A stretch of 64,000 nt of DNA from Promethearchaeota archaeon (GCA_048939625.1 JBHLPH010000001.1:32001-96000), one strand, 5' to 3'. Shown: positions 46,680 to 57,357, numbered from the stretch's first letter. A program made the numbers and translations. The notes: generated by a model from the sequence alone, not told the origin.

Positions 46680-47562
46680 AACCCTTTAGCTCCTGGAGAA
46701 TGTAGGAGATAATTTCGTCAGCAGCGTCGACGCCCGTCGCTTTTTGTAATCCACTCCAGTTGGGAGCCGCGTTGACTTCACTAACGACTAACTGATCGTT
46801 ATCCTCAAGGATATCAATACCTGCAAAATCCATTTCCAAGGCGTCTGCAGCCTTTAAGGCGAGTTTTTCAAGTTCAGAGGAAAGTGGACATGCCTGAGGT
46901 TTGCCACCCCGTGACACATTGGTTTTCCACTCACCGGGCTTCGCATACCGGTACATGGCACCAATGACCCGTTTTCCAACAATAAAAACCCGAATATCTC
47001 GACCGGGAGTTTCAATGAATTCTTGAATAAGCATAGTTTGGTTTTCGGTTTGTAGAATCTTGAAAATGCGGAATGCCAAATCAGGATCCTGTAATCGGAA
47101 AATGCCTTGCCCCTGAGAACCCCGCAGGGGTTTAGACACGATGTCTTCATATCGTCTGGTTGCTGCGACCGCGACAGCTAGTCGTTCTGTAACGGTTGTT
47201 CGAGGAATCGGAATACCATTATGTGCCAGCCAGACTAGTGTGGCGAGTTTATCTTTTGCACGTCGATGACTATAAGCTCGGTTAAAAACACGGATGCCGG
47301 AGAATTCCAATGCCTCAAGTACTGAAATCCGGCTAGTAATTTGATCTGTTGAACCTCCACCAATGCTTCGAAGAATAATTCCTGACACGTCTAGCGGTCG
47401 TCGACGTGGAAGCAGAAATTGGGATTTCCCAGAATCCATGTGCACTGAGAGATTCTTCAAACAGAAGGTCAGACTTTCACAAGACTGGGCAGCTAGGGCA
47501 CGAATTAGTCGTCGAACGGGCCAGTTGGGGCGGTCACGACTCATAGCGATTCCAATTCGCAT
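46678..47562 (-). CDS. RimK/MptN/CofF-type ATP-grasp alpha-L-glutamate ligase
   Basis: DKLAT, KPLRGSQGQGI, QEFI, DIRVFIVG, WKTNVSRGG, EVNAAP; start ATG 47562. Confidence 0.92.
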   Translation of the reverse strand: MRIGIAMSRDRPNWPVRRLIRALAAQSCESLTFCLKNLSVHMDSGKSQFLLPRRRPLDVSGIILRSIGGGSTDQITSRISVLEALEFSGIRVFNRAYSHRRAKDKLATLVWLAHNGIPIPRTTVTERLAVAVAATRRYEDIVSKPLRGSQGQGIFRLQDPDLAFRIFKILQTENQTMLIQEFIETPGRDIRVFIVGKRVIGAMYRYAKPGEWKTNVSRGGKPQACPLSSELEKLALKAADALEMDFAGIDILEDNDQLVVSEVNAAPNWSGLQKATGVDAADEIISYILQELKG

Positions 47563-47645
47563 TATAGGCACACTCAAACCACAATTGGGTATAGAGTATG
47601 CGTTTCCCCTCATGGAATATAAAAGACGCTAGACTGAAGAATGCC

Positions 47646-48713
47646 CTAGATGGGACGTGTGCTGCGAATAAAATGTTCAAATATCGTTTCACTTAGTGAG
47701 AGCGGATAAGGATGAGGTGGCGCTTTAAATCCATAGGAACACACTGCGTCAATGGGTCCTGTAAATCCCCGATCGATACCAATCTGAACTCCCCGAATTA
47801 TATCTAGAAGAATCGAGGTGCTGTTTGGAGCGTCTTCACTAATTAAGCGAAGATCAATTTTGAAATCAGCATTTCCAATGTATTGACCGCGAAGATAGAA
47901 GTAGCTTTCACGACGGTTACCTAGGAAGTACACATAGTCGGTTGATCCTGCCGTAATGGGAACCTCATAAGGCACTTCCTTGGAGACAATATTGGTTTTC
48001 ATCGAGCGTTTCTGGTCCCTGGCCCGGGTCAAGGATTCGAGGGATTCGGTGGCTCCCCCCACATCAAGTTGATAGCTTTCCTTGATATGTACACCACGTT
48101 TAACCAAAAAATCAAGAAGAGCACGGTGAAGAGCTGTAGCTCCTACTTGACTCATTAAATCGTCTCCGACAATCGAGAGTGTTTCTTCATGAAATCGTTG
48201 AGCCCATTTCCGGTCGCTAGCCAACATGACGGGAGAGGTGTTGATATAGGCACACTTCGCCTGTAACGCAGCGCCTGCATAATGGTATGTAGCTTCACTA
48301 GCCCCACTAGGAAGGAGTCCAACCAACATGTGTGTACCACTTTCTTTTAGCACACCTGGAATATCTACTGGTTTCGCCGTACTTTCTTTGACAAGTTCAC
48401 TAAGTTCCGGAGTAATTCCATCAAGCGTGGGTCCACGTTGAACTACAACGTTCTTGGTTTGAACTTCTGTGAATTTCGGGGCATTGTTCGGATGAGCGAA
48501 AATCGCTTCACTGAGATCCTTTCCAACTTTATCTTGGTGGACATCAAACGCCGCGACGATTTCGATATCACTTACAGCATAATTCCCGATCATGGGATGG
48601 GCAAGTCCAGCACTTTCCGTTGCTTTTGTGGGATTTCCGTAATGATAGATGGCTTGAACCAGGCTACTGGCACAGTTGCCAATGCCAGCAAGAGCAATCT
48701 TGATTTTTCCCAT
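47646..48713 (-). CDS. ino1: myo-Inositol-1-phosphate synthase
   Basis: GIGNCASSLVQ, KVGKDLSEAIF, GDDLMSQVGAT, YQLDVGG, EDAPNS, FK.PP. Confidence 0.92.
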   Translation of the reverse strand: MGKIKIALAGIGNCASSLVQAIYHYGNPTKATESAGLAHPMIGNYAVSDIEIVAAFDVHQDKVGKDLSEAIFAHPNNAPKFTEVQTKNVVVQRGPTLDGITPELSELVKESTAKPVDIPGVLKESGTHMLVGLLPSGASEATYHYAGAALQAKCAYINTSPVMLASDRKWAQRFHEETLSIVGDDLMSQVGATALHRALLDFLVKRGVHIKESYQLDVGGATESLESLTRARDQKRSMKTNIVSKEVPYEVPITAGSTDYVYFLGNRRESYFYLRGQYIGNADFKIDLRLISEDAPNSTSILLDIIRGVQIGIDRGFTGPIDAVCSYGFKAPPHPYPLSLSETIFEHFIRSTRPI

Positions 48714-48843
48714 CGTAAACGACCTCGTAATTATTTTACAGTCATTAAGTATTTAGGTGTTAGGTGGCGTTCTGCCATAAATGAATTTAAGCATTTCTCT
48801 TACTAAATCAATAGAATCCCAATTCCTACCTGAGCGTGGTAAT

Positions 48844-49275
48844 ATGCAGAACAAAATCGTTCCCTGTGTAGGTGCCGTGATTCTTGATGAAAAAAATCGA
48901 GTTCTATTAGTGAAGCATGTACTCGAAAAAGGTGGCTTTTGGCAGGGCAAATATATTTGTCCCGGTGGTCGTCTCGAATTTGGTGAATCGCTCGAAGTTG
49001 GTGTGCAACGCGAGGTCCGTGAGGAAACTGGGTTAGAGATTAAAATATTACAGTGGGTGCGACCCATGGAACGGCTTATCTTTGGTGCTGCAGGGACTCT
49101 TGAGGAACATATCTTGTATCTGGACGTTGTTGCTCGGGTTCAACATGGTCAATTTAAACCTGCATCAGATGTTGGAGAAGGCGATTGGTTTTCCAAAACT
49201 CAACTTCCACTCATGCTGACAGAAATCCATGAAGATACCCAAAAGCTCCTAAAAGAAGCTGGATTCCTCAAATAA
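48844..49275 (+). CDS. NUDIX hydrolase
   Basis: GGRLEFGESLEVGVQREVREETGL Nudix box. Confidence 0.92.
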   Translation: MQNKIVPCVGAVILDEKNRVLLVKHVLEKGGFWQGKYICPGGRLEFGESLEVGVQREVREETGLEIKILQWVRPMERLIFGAAGTLEEHILYLDVVARVQHGQFKPASDVGEGDWFSKTQLPLMLTEIHEDTQKLLKEAGFLK

Positions 49276-49288
49276 GAAGGAAAACCGT

Positions 49289-49837
49289 CTACTTCAGATA
49301 CTTCTGGAGATGATCTTTGATTTCGGAAGGATGTTCCAAGATTATCATCCCTTCCATAGCTCGAAGCTTTTCGACATTCTCTAAATCGAGTTTCCGTGTC
49401 GTTAAATCTAACTTTTTTCCACTGGGTAGCACAGTGGTTACAGTGCCCGGTTTTTGGTCAACAGGGTAAATATAAATTGGCACACCTGTCTTCATGGCTT
49501 GAGCAACCGCGTTGGTCACAAGGGTGTCAGCGATGCCATAAGCAAGTTTTGCTACTGTATTAGCCGTTGCGGGCATCACAGCGATGAACTGATGCGTGCG
49601 CTTTTGGAGCGCCCCTACAATGAAAGGGGTGTTTGCATCAACTTCGGTGCGTATCTGCGAAGAAATTGATTCTAGGTCAGGGAGCAGTTTGTACCATTTG
49701 ATGACTTGCATTCCAGCCTTAGTTAAGAAGACGAGAATCTGCGCCTTGTACTGAGATACGATTTCTTGCATAACTTCAACCGATTCGCGTATGTAATCGC
49801 CTGCACCAGTAATCGCCCAAGCAAACTTCAACTGCAT
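49289..49837 (-). CDS. afpA: Archaeal flavoprotein AfpA (HFCD family)
   Basis: AWAITGAG, PATANTVAKLAYGIADTLVTNAV, PVD, TVLPSG, RKLDLENVEKL. Confidence 0.85.
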   Translation of the reverse strand: MQLKFAWAITGAGDYIRESVEVMQEIVSQYKAQILVFLTKAGMQVIKWYKLLPDLESISSQIRTEVDANTPFIVGALQKRTHQFIAVMPATANTVAKLAYGIADTLVTNAVAQAMKTGVPIYIYPVDQKPGTVTTVLPSGKKLDLTTRKLDLENVEKLRAMEGMIILEHPSEIKDHLQKYLK

Positions 49838-49967
49838 CCATCATCACTCCGAAATAGATTGTATGATAGTGCTTCCCGCTTTTTTGTGTTATTTCTTTTC
49901 CTAGTCCTGTGCGTGTATGCTTCTTGATAATTGATAAGGTATATACAACGGAACCCCATTCAATGTA

Positions 49968-50588
49968 ATGGTGACCCTGATGAGTGGAAAACCCTATCGT
50001 ATCCTAGGAATTTCGGGAAGTCCACGAAAGGCTGCTACGGATTTTGTCGTACAAGAAGCCCTCAAATATTTGGAAGCCAAAGGTTCAGTGGAAACCAAAT
50101 ATTTCTCAGTCATGGACAAAAAATTGAATTTCTGCATACATTGTGATCACTGCATCCGAAAAAAGCAGGGATGCATTTTCAAAGATGATATGGAAGAAGT
50201 TTATCAACTCCTTGAATGGGCAGATGCTTTTGTCTTTGCGAGCCCCGTCTATCAGGGAAACATCAGTGGCCAATTGAAAACGCTCTTCGATCGTACTCGA
50301 GCCTTATTAGTTCAAAAGCCCCAAGTCTTTGAAGGCAAAGTTGGTGTTGGAATCGCTGTTGGCGGAGATCGCGTTGGAGGGCAAGAACCGACCTTACGGA
50401 CCATCCATGATTTCTATATCATTAACCATATTTTTTCAACGGGCGGAGGAGCCTTTGGAGCCAACCTTGGAGCTACAATTTGGTCAAAAGACAAACGGGC
50501 GGAAGGAGCTGCAGCTGACAAGCGAGGGCTTAAGACCCTATATAAAACGATGGACCGTCTGTTTGTTGTATTAGAAAAGCTCTGTTAA
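49968..50588 (+). CDS. Iron-sulfur flavoprotein (Isf/flavodoxin-like)
   Basis: GISGSPR; CIHCDHCIRKKQGC; ASPVY; LKTLFDR. Confidence 0.92.
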   Translation: MVTLMSGKPYRILGISGSPRKAATDFVVQEALKYLEAKGSVETKYFSVMDKKLNFCIHCDHCIRKKQGCIFKDDMEEVYQLLEWADAFVFASPVYQGNISGQLKTLFDRTRALLVQKPQVFEGKVGVGIAVGGDRVGGQEPTLRTIHDFYIINHIFSTGGGAFGANLGATIWSKDKRAEGAAADKRGLKTLYKTMDRLFVVLEKLC

Positions 50589-50757
50589 ACTGCCTACGAT
50601 TTCTTTTGTGTATGAGTGCTAGTTAGAAAAAAGACCAAAAGAGCAACCAATGCTGCAAGGATTTCCATTAAATTCCGGGCTGCAAGACCACAGGACTAAT
50701 CCTTTCTACTGAAATAGTGCTTCATGATTGACTAAAATCAACAACGTCCGAGTCTTC

Positions 50758-52494
50758 TTAGCTTATCAATAGGAACCTAGCAAATAGTTTGCCTAAGAGA
50801 TAGTTCAGTAGAATTCCGAGCCATAAACCAACTAGACCGACAAGATGAGCAATCTGCACAGGATATCCGGATAGGAAAATGATGGACCACAGCAGAGCAA
50901 AACACCCAAGGGGAATGAAGGCAAATATAGTATTTAGTATTCCAACTATTATCATTTGAGCAATATGTTGTCCTATTTCAAACCCAATTAGACGTCCACC
51001 ACCAACTACACGTGTAAACAGGACCAAGGAAATGTATGCTGACACATAAACCCCAGGAATCATTGAGGCGGCAATAGCGAATGAGATTGGATTAGTGAAA
51101 GGTTTGAAAAGAGAAGCGATGAGGACGAAAACGGGGATGGCGAGGGATATTAAAGTAATTAGCTGGGCTTTTGCTCGTAGAATACGTTCAGTTGGGAGCG
51201 GGAGAGTCATGGTGTAAGCCATTCCACGGGCTTCGACACTGAGGAAGAAGATTGAGAAGAAGCCTAAGGTGATTGTGGGAATGGTGATTAAAAAAATGAT
51301 GTCGGAGACATGTACTACACCAAGATCTAAGATGAATTGTAAAAAGATTGGAAGCATCATCAGAACGGGTAAGAAGAACATCATGGCTTGTCCGGGGGTT
51401 CGAAAGGCAATCCGAAGATCTTTGCGTAGTAGTGCAATTCCGACACGACTCACTTTCATATCCACTGGACGAACAATGCTAGTTGTAGATGCAGTTACAC
51501 CTCCCGAACCTAATTGCTGTAGGAAGTTTCGAGACCAGCGAATTCCAATGAAAGCTAGTGCACCATATACAATTACGGCGATGAAGTCTAACCAGTAGGC
51601 AGGAGTACCAGGGATTCCAGTGATAAGCACAACAAAGGTTCCCATTGAGAAAGGATAGCCAAAATAGAGGATATGCCAAAAAGGCGCAAGGATGATGGCG
51701 AAGCCCTCAAGGAGGGGAATGATGAAGTTGAGAAGTTGGAAGGATAGAGAAAAGCTGAGAATAGCAAACGCCCATAGAAGGATGAAAAGAAAACGCACTA
51801 ATGACCCAAGTCGTGAACCTCCACTCGACTGAATCCGAGTGTAAAAGTACAGAGCTAGAAGCAACATTATGGTGATTGCTATACCGACAGTGATTAGGTA
51901 CACAGTAAGGCAGGCGAGAGTTGCAAGAATGGCAGAATAAACGAGTCCTGAAACAAGGTATATCACCACCCCATAAGCTAATGGAAAACTAAAGATGATT
52001 GATATCATCTGGGCATCGAATAGGCGAATATAAGCTAAGAGGGCGAGTTTTCCGGTATCTATACGAGATACAGGGAGATAATGACCGATGCTAGCCGCGT
52101 TTGTTGATATGAAAGAAGTGGAAACCATAATTCCCCAAAAAACAAGAAAGGCAAAGCCAACGAGGCAGAAAATAGAAATTGTGAATGCGACAGTTATCCA
52201 TTGATATTCAGCTGGTGTGCCATAAAGGCCGCTCAGAGTCCCCCAGACAATAATCCCAAAAACACCAGCTAAAATTGCAATGAAGATACTAACCATTACT
52301 TTGTTGACTCGAGCATTACTTCTTGCTTTTTCAATCGTTCGCTCAACAGACTGAGTCATTGCACCGGAACTCATTGACATAGCGGAACGAAACTGAACTT
52401 CAAAAGCAATCGTTCCAGCAATTTTCCAAGCTTGACGCCAACCAATGTTCTGTTTCTCTTCTGGAAGATCAGTCAAAAATCCTGGACCACCCAA
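50758..52494 (-). CDS. ABC transporter permease (ABC-2-like)
   Basis: About 13 TMs; LLRKDLRIAFRTP; TLPL; directly downstream of the ATPase. Confidence 0.82.
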   Translation of the reverse strand: MGGPGFLTDLPEEKQNIGWRQAWKIAGTIAFEVQFRSAMSMSSGAMTQSVERTIEKARSNARVNKVMVSIFIAILAGVFGIIVWGTLSGLYGTPAEYQWITVAFTISIFCLVGFAFLVFWGIMVSTSFISTNAASIGHYLPVSRIDTGKLALLAYIRLFDAQMISIIFSFPLAYGVVIYLVSGLVYSAILATLACLTVYLITVGIAITIMLLLALYFYTRIQSSGGSRLGSLVRFLFILLWAFAILSFSLSFQLLNFIIPLLEGFAIILAPFWHILYFGYPFSMGTFVVLITGIPGTPAYWLDFIAVIVYGALAFIGIRWSRNFLQQLGSGGVTASTTSIVRPVDMKVSRVGIALLRKDLRIAFRTPGQAMMFFLPVLMMLPIFLQFILDLGVVHVSDIIFLITIPTITLGFFSIFFLSVEARGMAYTMTLPLPTERILRAKAQLITLISLAIPVFVLIASLFKPFTNPISFAIAASMIPGVYVSAYISLVLFTRVVGGGRLIGFEIGQHIAQMIIVGILNTIFAFIPLGCFALLWSIIFLSGYPVQIAHLVGLVGLWLGILLNYLLGKLFARFLLIS

Positions 52495-52498
52495 TAAA

Positions 52499-53299
52499 TT
52501 ACCGATTGTTATTTCTTGCTAACGCTTTTCGAAGTGCTTGGACAGTTTCAGCGACTTCAGCATCTTGTTGAACAGCACGGAGGAAAATTTCCTCAAGTGA
52601 CCCATGGGCTTTGACCATTTCGCGAAGCTCATCCACGGTGCCTTCAGCGACCATTTTACCATCGTCGATGATTCCGATTCGGTTACAAAGGCTTTCAGCT
52701 ACTTCAAGAATGTGGCTGCTAAACAAAATGCCTCCACCATTTTCCAAATGAATGTTAAGAATGTCTTTGAACACTCGAGCAGTTCGGGCATCTAATCCAC
52801 TAAAGGGTTCATCAAGAACCAACAGAGGAGGATCATGAATGATGGCAGCGATGATGCTAGCCTTTTGTCGATTCCCATGACTAAGCGCAGCTATTGGTTT
52901 ATCATAATATTCCTCGAATTCAAATGCATCGATAAGTGATGGAACACGGGTTATAAGCTCTGACGGTTCTAGTTGACGAATGGATGCAATGAAATTGAAG
53001 AATTCACGGGGAGTCAGTGACTCATAGAGTATGTGTTCCTCAGGCACTAATCCGATTCGATTCTTGACTTCAATTGGCTGTGCCATCGGATCAAAACCAA
53101 ATACTTTCACCTGCCCAAGAGTTGGAGGGAGTAATCCACTGACCATTTTGACCGTAGTAGTTTTTCCAGCGCCATTCGGTCCGAGAAGCCCATAAATTTC
53201 ACCGGCACGAACTTCAAAGGATAAATGATCAACTGCAACCGTCTCTCCGAAATTACGCACCAAGTCGTTTGCAATGATTGGCTTGCCGTTACCTTTCAT
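52499..53299 (-). CDS. ABC transporter ATP-binding protein
   Basis: GPNGAGKTT, LSHGNRQK, LVLDEPFSGLD, SSH. Confidence 0.95.
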   Translation of the reverse strand: MKGNGKPIIANDLVRNFGETVAVDHLSFEVRAGEIYGLLGPNGAGKTTTVKMVSGLLPPTLGQVKVFGFDPMAQPIEVKNRIGLVPEEHILYESLTPREFFNFIASIRQLEPSELITRVPSLIDAFEFEEYYDKPIAALSHGNRQKASIIAAIIHDPPLLVLDEPFSGLDARTARVFKDILNIHLENGGGILFSSHILEVAESLCNRIGIIDDGKMVAEGTVDELREMVKAHGSLEEIFLRAVQQDAEVAETVQALRKALARNNNR

Positions 53300-53359
53300 C
53301 GTTTGTCTCCTATTGTTTTCAGGTTAACTCATGGCTAAATAATTTCTGAAAAGAGGAAG

Positions 53360-54577
53360 TCATTCAACCATTGAGTTCGTATCACGTCGATGAACAAAGG
53401 GAACTAAGAACGCAGCAAATAACCCAAGGAGTGCTAGAATGAAGAATCCAGCAACCCAGGTTCCGAAGATGAAGAAGCTAATGGTGATAATTGGAATGCC
53501 AAAGGCACCAAGTCCAAAACGAGTGAAAAAGCTCCAACCAAAGACCTTACCACGGCTACCAGGACTAGACAGGTGGGCAACCATGGTATTATTTGCAGCC
53601 TGAGCTGCAAAAAAGGAAAAACCAAAAATCATAACGGCAGCGATTAACAATGAATCCCCAAAGATAGTTGGTGAATAAGGCACCGCTAAGAGTACCAATG
53701 AAACAGTTGTAAGTAAAGTCATTATAATTAGAATTTTACGCCAGCCATACCGATCGGTGAGCCGACCACCCACTTCTTGACCGAACATTCCGCCAATATA
53801 AACTAGCGTTCCAATAAACCCAGCAATGACTAGTAGTGCACCTAACTCGAGGGTAATATAGACCGGTAAAGCAGTAACAGTCCCACGGTAGAGCATCCCT
53901 CGAGCAGCGAAGATGAACGAGACAAGAATCATCACACCAACCGATGCTGCACTAAAGAAACCTAATCCCTTTTCTTTATCATCATTTGTCCATGCAGGAA
54001 TTTCGGAGGTTTGTACTCTGACACGTAGAGTAATTACTGCGATTATTATGCCAATTGCTGCAAGAAAGAGGAAAATTGCTTGCCAAAAGATTGTGCTTAA
54101 AATCAATGCAGAAATCAGAGGAGCCATCATTTGGCCAATACTGCCACCAATACCATGACGGCCCAAAGCCTTTCCACGATTTTTTTCAAAGGTGTTTGAA
54201 ACCCATGTTGTACCTGCCGGATGATATAATCCAGCGCCGAAAGCATAGGTCATAAAGAGGAATGCAATCACACCAATTCCCAAAGGCCAGAGAAAGAACA
54301 AAGCAATCCCTGAAAACACCGAGAGCATTAATCCAATGGCGATTACCAGACGTGGACCAATACGGTCACAAAGAAAACCTGCTGGAATTGCTCCAAAACC
54401 AAACACAAAGTATGCAGGTGTATTAAGCAGTAAGACAACTAACCATTCCAAACCCGGAGTAATCGGAGTTACAAGAAGAAGCTTGGTTGTAATATAGGGA
54501 AGTGCAAGCATTAACAGATGAACCATACCATGTGCTGCACCCGTAATGAGCAAAGTGGTATTTTGCTGGTTCACCAT
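53360..54577 (-). CDS. MFS transporter
   Basis: GFLCDRIGPR and GRLTDRYGWR motif A; 12 TMs. Confidence 0.92.
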   Translation of the reverse strand: MVNQQNTTLLITGAAHGMVHLLMLALPYITTKLLLVTPITPGLEWLVVLLLNTPAYFVFGFGAIPAGFLCDRIGPRLVIAIGLMLSVFSGIALFFLWPLGIGVIAFLFMTYAFGAGLYHPAGTTWVSNTFEKNRGKALGRHGIGGSIGQMMAPLISALILSTIFWQAIFLFLAAIGIIIAVITLRVRVQTSEIPAWTNDDKEKGLGFFSAASVGVMILVSFIFAARGMLYRGTVTALPVYITLELGALLVIAGFIGTLVYIGGMFGQEVGGRLTDRYGWRKILIIMTLLTTVSLVLLAVPYSPTIFGDSLLIAAVMIFGFSFFAAQAANNTMVAHLSSPGSRGKVFGWSFFTRFGLGAFGIPIITISFFIFGTWVAGFFILALLGLFAAFLVPFVHRRDTNSMVE

Positions 54578-54738
54578 CAGCTACACCAAGAAAATAATTG
54601 TTAGAAACCGGCTATTGCGAATCTCCTTAAGATTCTTTCACATCAATTAAGTCCTCAGTGTCGTAATCTGACTGTGAGATGATAGAAACACATTAAATGA
54701 GTAAGCGTTTGGTTAGCCCAATCACAAGAGGGTCAACC

Positions 54739-56115
54739 ATGGAGACTACGACTCCAGCAACACCTGTTAAACCATGGGGTAGACGCGATCGAGTCACGTA
54801 TGGAATTCTTTTTGTTCTTGGAATTATTGTTGCAGCAGCAAGCGCCCTTCTACCACCAATGACAGGTGTTCTAGTTTCCGCCCTAGGAGTCCCTTCCGAT
54901 GACTGGATTGCCCTAATAGTTACAATCTTTCTTCTTATCTCGGGTTTTGCCGCCATTCCATGGGCGTATTTTGCAGATCGATCGACTCGACGAAATCTGC
55001 TTATCATCAGCACCTTCTTCTGGTTATTTTGGTTCATTCCAATCCTCCTACCCTCTATCACATACCTACAATTGCTTCTCTTCTATTGTCTAGCAGCTGT
55101 TGGCGTGGGAGCGGCAGGACCCCTTTCCCTTTCAATGACGATTGACTGTGTTCCCGCTCATTACCGTTCGACTACAATTGGAATTCTTGGAACTGCTGCG
55201 GGGGCAGGGTATGGATTGGGATTTATTATTGCAGGCTTGCTTGTTGAAACCTTTGGTTGGCAAACACCCTTTCTAATATTAACAGTATTTGGATTTTCAG
55301 CTGCATTCCTGCTATTTCTCACCCGAGAACCACCACGAGGTCAATATGAAGAATGTCTATTAGACCTTCAAGACACAGGAGTTGTGTACACCTATACCCT
55401 AAATAAAAAAGATTTACAGCGTATGTGGTCTAAGAAATCTAACATCTGGCTCATCGTTGTGGGGATAATTGCCATTATTCCAACAGCCGCTTTTGGGGCA
55501 TGGGCTGTTCGATGGCTAAACGTGGATCACAATCTTAGTATTTTTGTTGCTACTCTTTTCATGACCCTAGCCCTCGCTAGCCAAATTATTGGCACAACTG
55601 TTTTTGGGCGACTAGGAGACCGTTATTTCAAAAAAGACAAACGAGGACGCGCCTACCTCATCTTAGTTTGTTGTCTAGTTGCTGGCCCAATACTCATCAT
55701 TGCTAGTCTGTATCCCTTCACAGTTGCACCTTCTTCAACAATATGGGACCTATTTCTCAATCCTGCAACTTTTGTCTTCTTTCTTATCATCTTTGTGGGA
55801 ACTCTTTTTGACGCTGGAATAACCCCTCTGATTTATGTTAGTGCAGGGGACGTTAATCCTCCCGAAATTCGCAGTACGGCTCTCTCTCTGAATATGCTAG
55901 CTCACGTAATTGGGGTAGCTATAGGAACCCAACTTGTTCCGACGATTGCAGTTATTTTCTTCGCGGGATTCTATTCGCCTGCGTTTGTTATTATTTGCCT
56001 TTTCTTCTTCGTTGGTGCCCTTGTAACAATCCCTATTATCAGCAGTATCCGGAAGGATATCCAAACCACCGAAGAGGATACTCGGCAACGGTTTGAAAAT
56101 CAAACCAATAGATAA
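54739..56115 (+). CDS. MFS transporter (spinster-like)
   Basis: YFADRSTRR, GWQTPF, REPPRG, GRLGDR, DVNPPEIRSTA. Confidence 0.9.
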   Translation: METTTPATPVKPWGRRDRVTYGILFVLGIIVAAASALLPPMTGVLVSALGVPSDDWIALIVTIFLLISGFAAIPWAYFADRSTRRNLLIISTFFWLFWFIPILLPSITYLQLLLFYCLAAVGVGAAGPLSLSMTIDCVPAHYRSTTIGILGTAAGAGYGLGFIIAGLLVETFGWQTPFLILTVFGFSAAFLLFLTREPPRGQYEECLLDLQDTGVVYTYTLNKKDLQRMWSKKSNIWLIVVGIIAIIPTAAFGAWAVRWLNVDHNLSIFVATLFMTLALASQIIGTTVFGRLGDRYFKKDKRGRAYLILVCCLVAGPILIIASLYPFTVAPSSTIWDLFLNPATFVFFLIIFVGTLFDAGITPLIYVSAGDVNPPEIRSTALSLNMLAHVIGVAIGTQLVPTIAVIFFAGFYSPAFVIICLFFFVGALVTIPIISSIRKDIQTTEEDTRQRFENQTNR

Positions 56116-56205
56116 TCTAAATTTGGAAGCTAATCACGTTTTTAAGGCACAAAGGATTTCTAAGCAACCTGAAACCCATGGCTTTCCTTTGCCTGGTGAG
56201 TCATT

Positions 56206-57228
56206 ATGCCTGAATCAGCGATAAAGATGGGACTTGTTAGTACTGGAGTCTATCTCCCAAAATACCGCCATACAGCTGCTTTCATCTCGAAAGAAACCGG
56301 TATTCCTGAAGATATTCTCAAAACGAAATTTGGACTTACAAGTAAAACAGTGGGTGGTCCTGAAGATGGCCCAGTCAGCATGGGGATCCGAGCAGCAAAT
56401 ACTGCTTTGAAAAAGGCTCCAAAGATATCTACCGAGGACATCGATGTCGTTCTTTGGACAGGTGAGACGTTTATTGAACGCCCGATGCAAGTAGCGGGTG
56501 TCAAACTCTCCTATGAGATAGGTGCCAATAGAGCCTGGGCCTTGGACCTCAGCGCTCGATGTGCAACCCTGATGGGGGGAATCCGGCTAACAAAAGCGTT
56601 GATGGCAACGGAACCAGATGTTCGCACCGTTTTACTAGCGAGCGGATACCAGAATTGTGACCTGATTAATTACAAGAATGAAAGAAGCCGGTTTATGTTC
56701 AGCCTCGCGGCAAGCGGAGTGGCAGCCATCCTGCAAAGGGATTACCCGCACAATCAGGTGCTTGAAACCTCGATTATCACTGATGGCGCCTTTGCAGACG
56801 ATGTCTATTGTCCTGCTGGGGGCACTGAATTACCCATTAGTTGTGAAGCCATCAAAAAGGGACTCCAATACTTAGACGTCCCTGACCCACCGAGTATGAA
56901 AGCTCGACTGGATAAACTCTCCATGCAGAACTTCATTCGCGTGGTCAAAGACGCCACCAACCGTAGTGGATACTCAATCAATGATATCGATTACTTGGCT
57001 TTACTCCATATGAAACGATCTGCTTTCACGTATGTCCTCAATGAACTTGGACTTACCATGGATCAAACGACATATTTTGAAGAATGGGGACACATGGGAC
57101 AAAATGATGCCATTGTCTCCATTGAAGAAGGATTAAAAACAGGCAAAATAAAGACTGGAGATCTCGTGTGCTTAGCGGCCGCTGGAATCGGATATACCTG
57201 GTCGTCGACCTGTATCAAATGGGGCTAA
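56206..57228 (+). CDS. 3-oxoacyl-ACP/CoA synthase III (FabH-like)
   Basis: TGVYLP, ETGIP, catalytic C (ARCA), H (LLHM), GHMG, AAAGIGYTW. Confidence 0.9.
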   Translation: MPESAIKMGLVSTGVYLPKYRHTAAFISKETGIPEDILKTKFGLTSKTVGGPEDGPVSMGIRAANTALKKAPKISTEDIDVVLWTGETFIERPMQVAGVKLSYEIGANRAWALDLSARCATLMGGIRLTKALMATEPDVRTVLLASGYQNCDLINYKNERSRFMFSLAASGVAAILQRDYPHNQVLETSIITDGAFADDVYCPAGGTELPISCEAIKKGLQYLDVPDPPSMKARLDKLSMQNFIRVVKDATNRSGYSINDIDYLALLHMKRSAFTYVLNELGLTMDQTTYFEEWGHMGQNDAIVSIEEGLKTGKIKTGDLVCLAAAGIGYTWSSTCIKWG

Positions 57229-57335
57229 ACAACCGAATATCACATTTGCTTAAGATGCCGTTCCAAACAACTGAGTTGGTGTTCCGCACCTTCAAGATTT
57301 CCCTCGACAATTAGTTTCCGTGCTGTAGTTACGTG

Positions 57336-57357
57336 TTTCAGGGCACAGCCCTTGAAA
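57336..57357. promoter_or_regulatory. Inverted repeat between convergent genes (terminator or protein-binding site)
   Basis: TTTCA-GGGC ACA GCCC-T-TGAAA. Confidence 0.35.
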
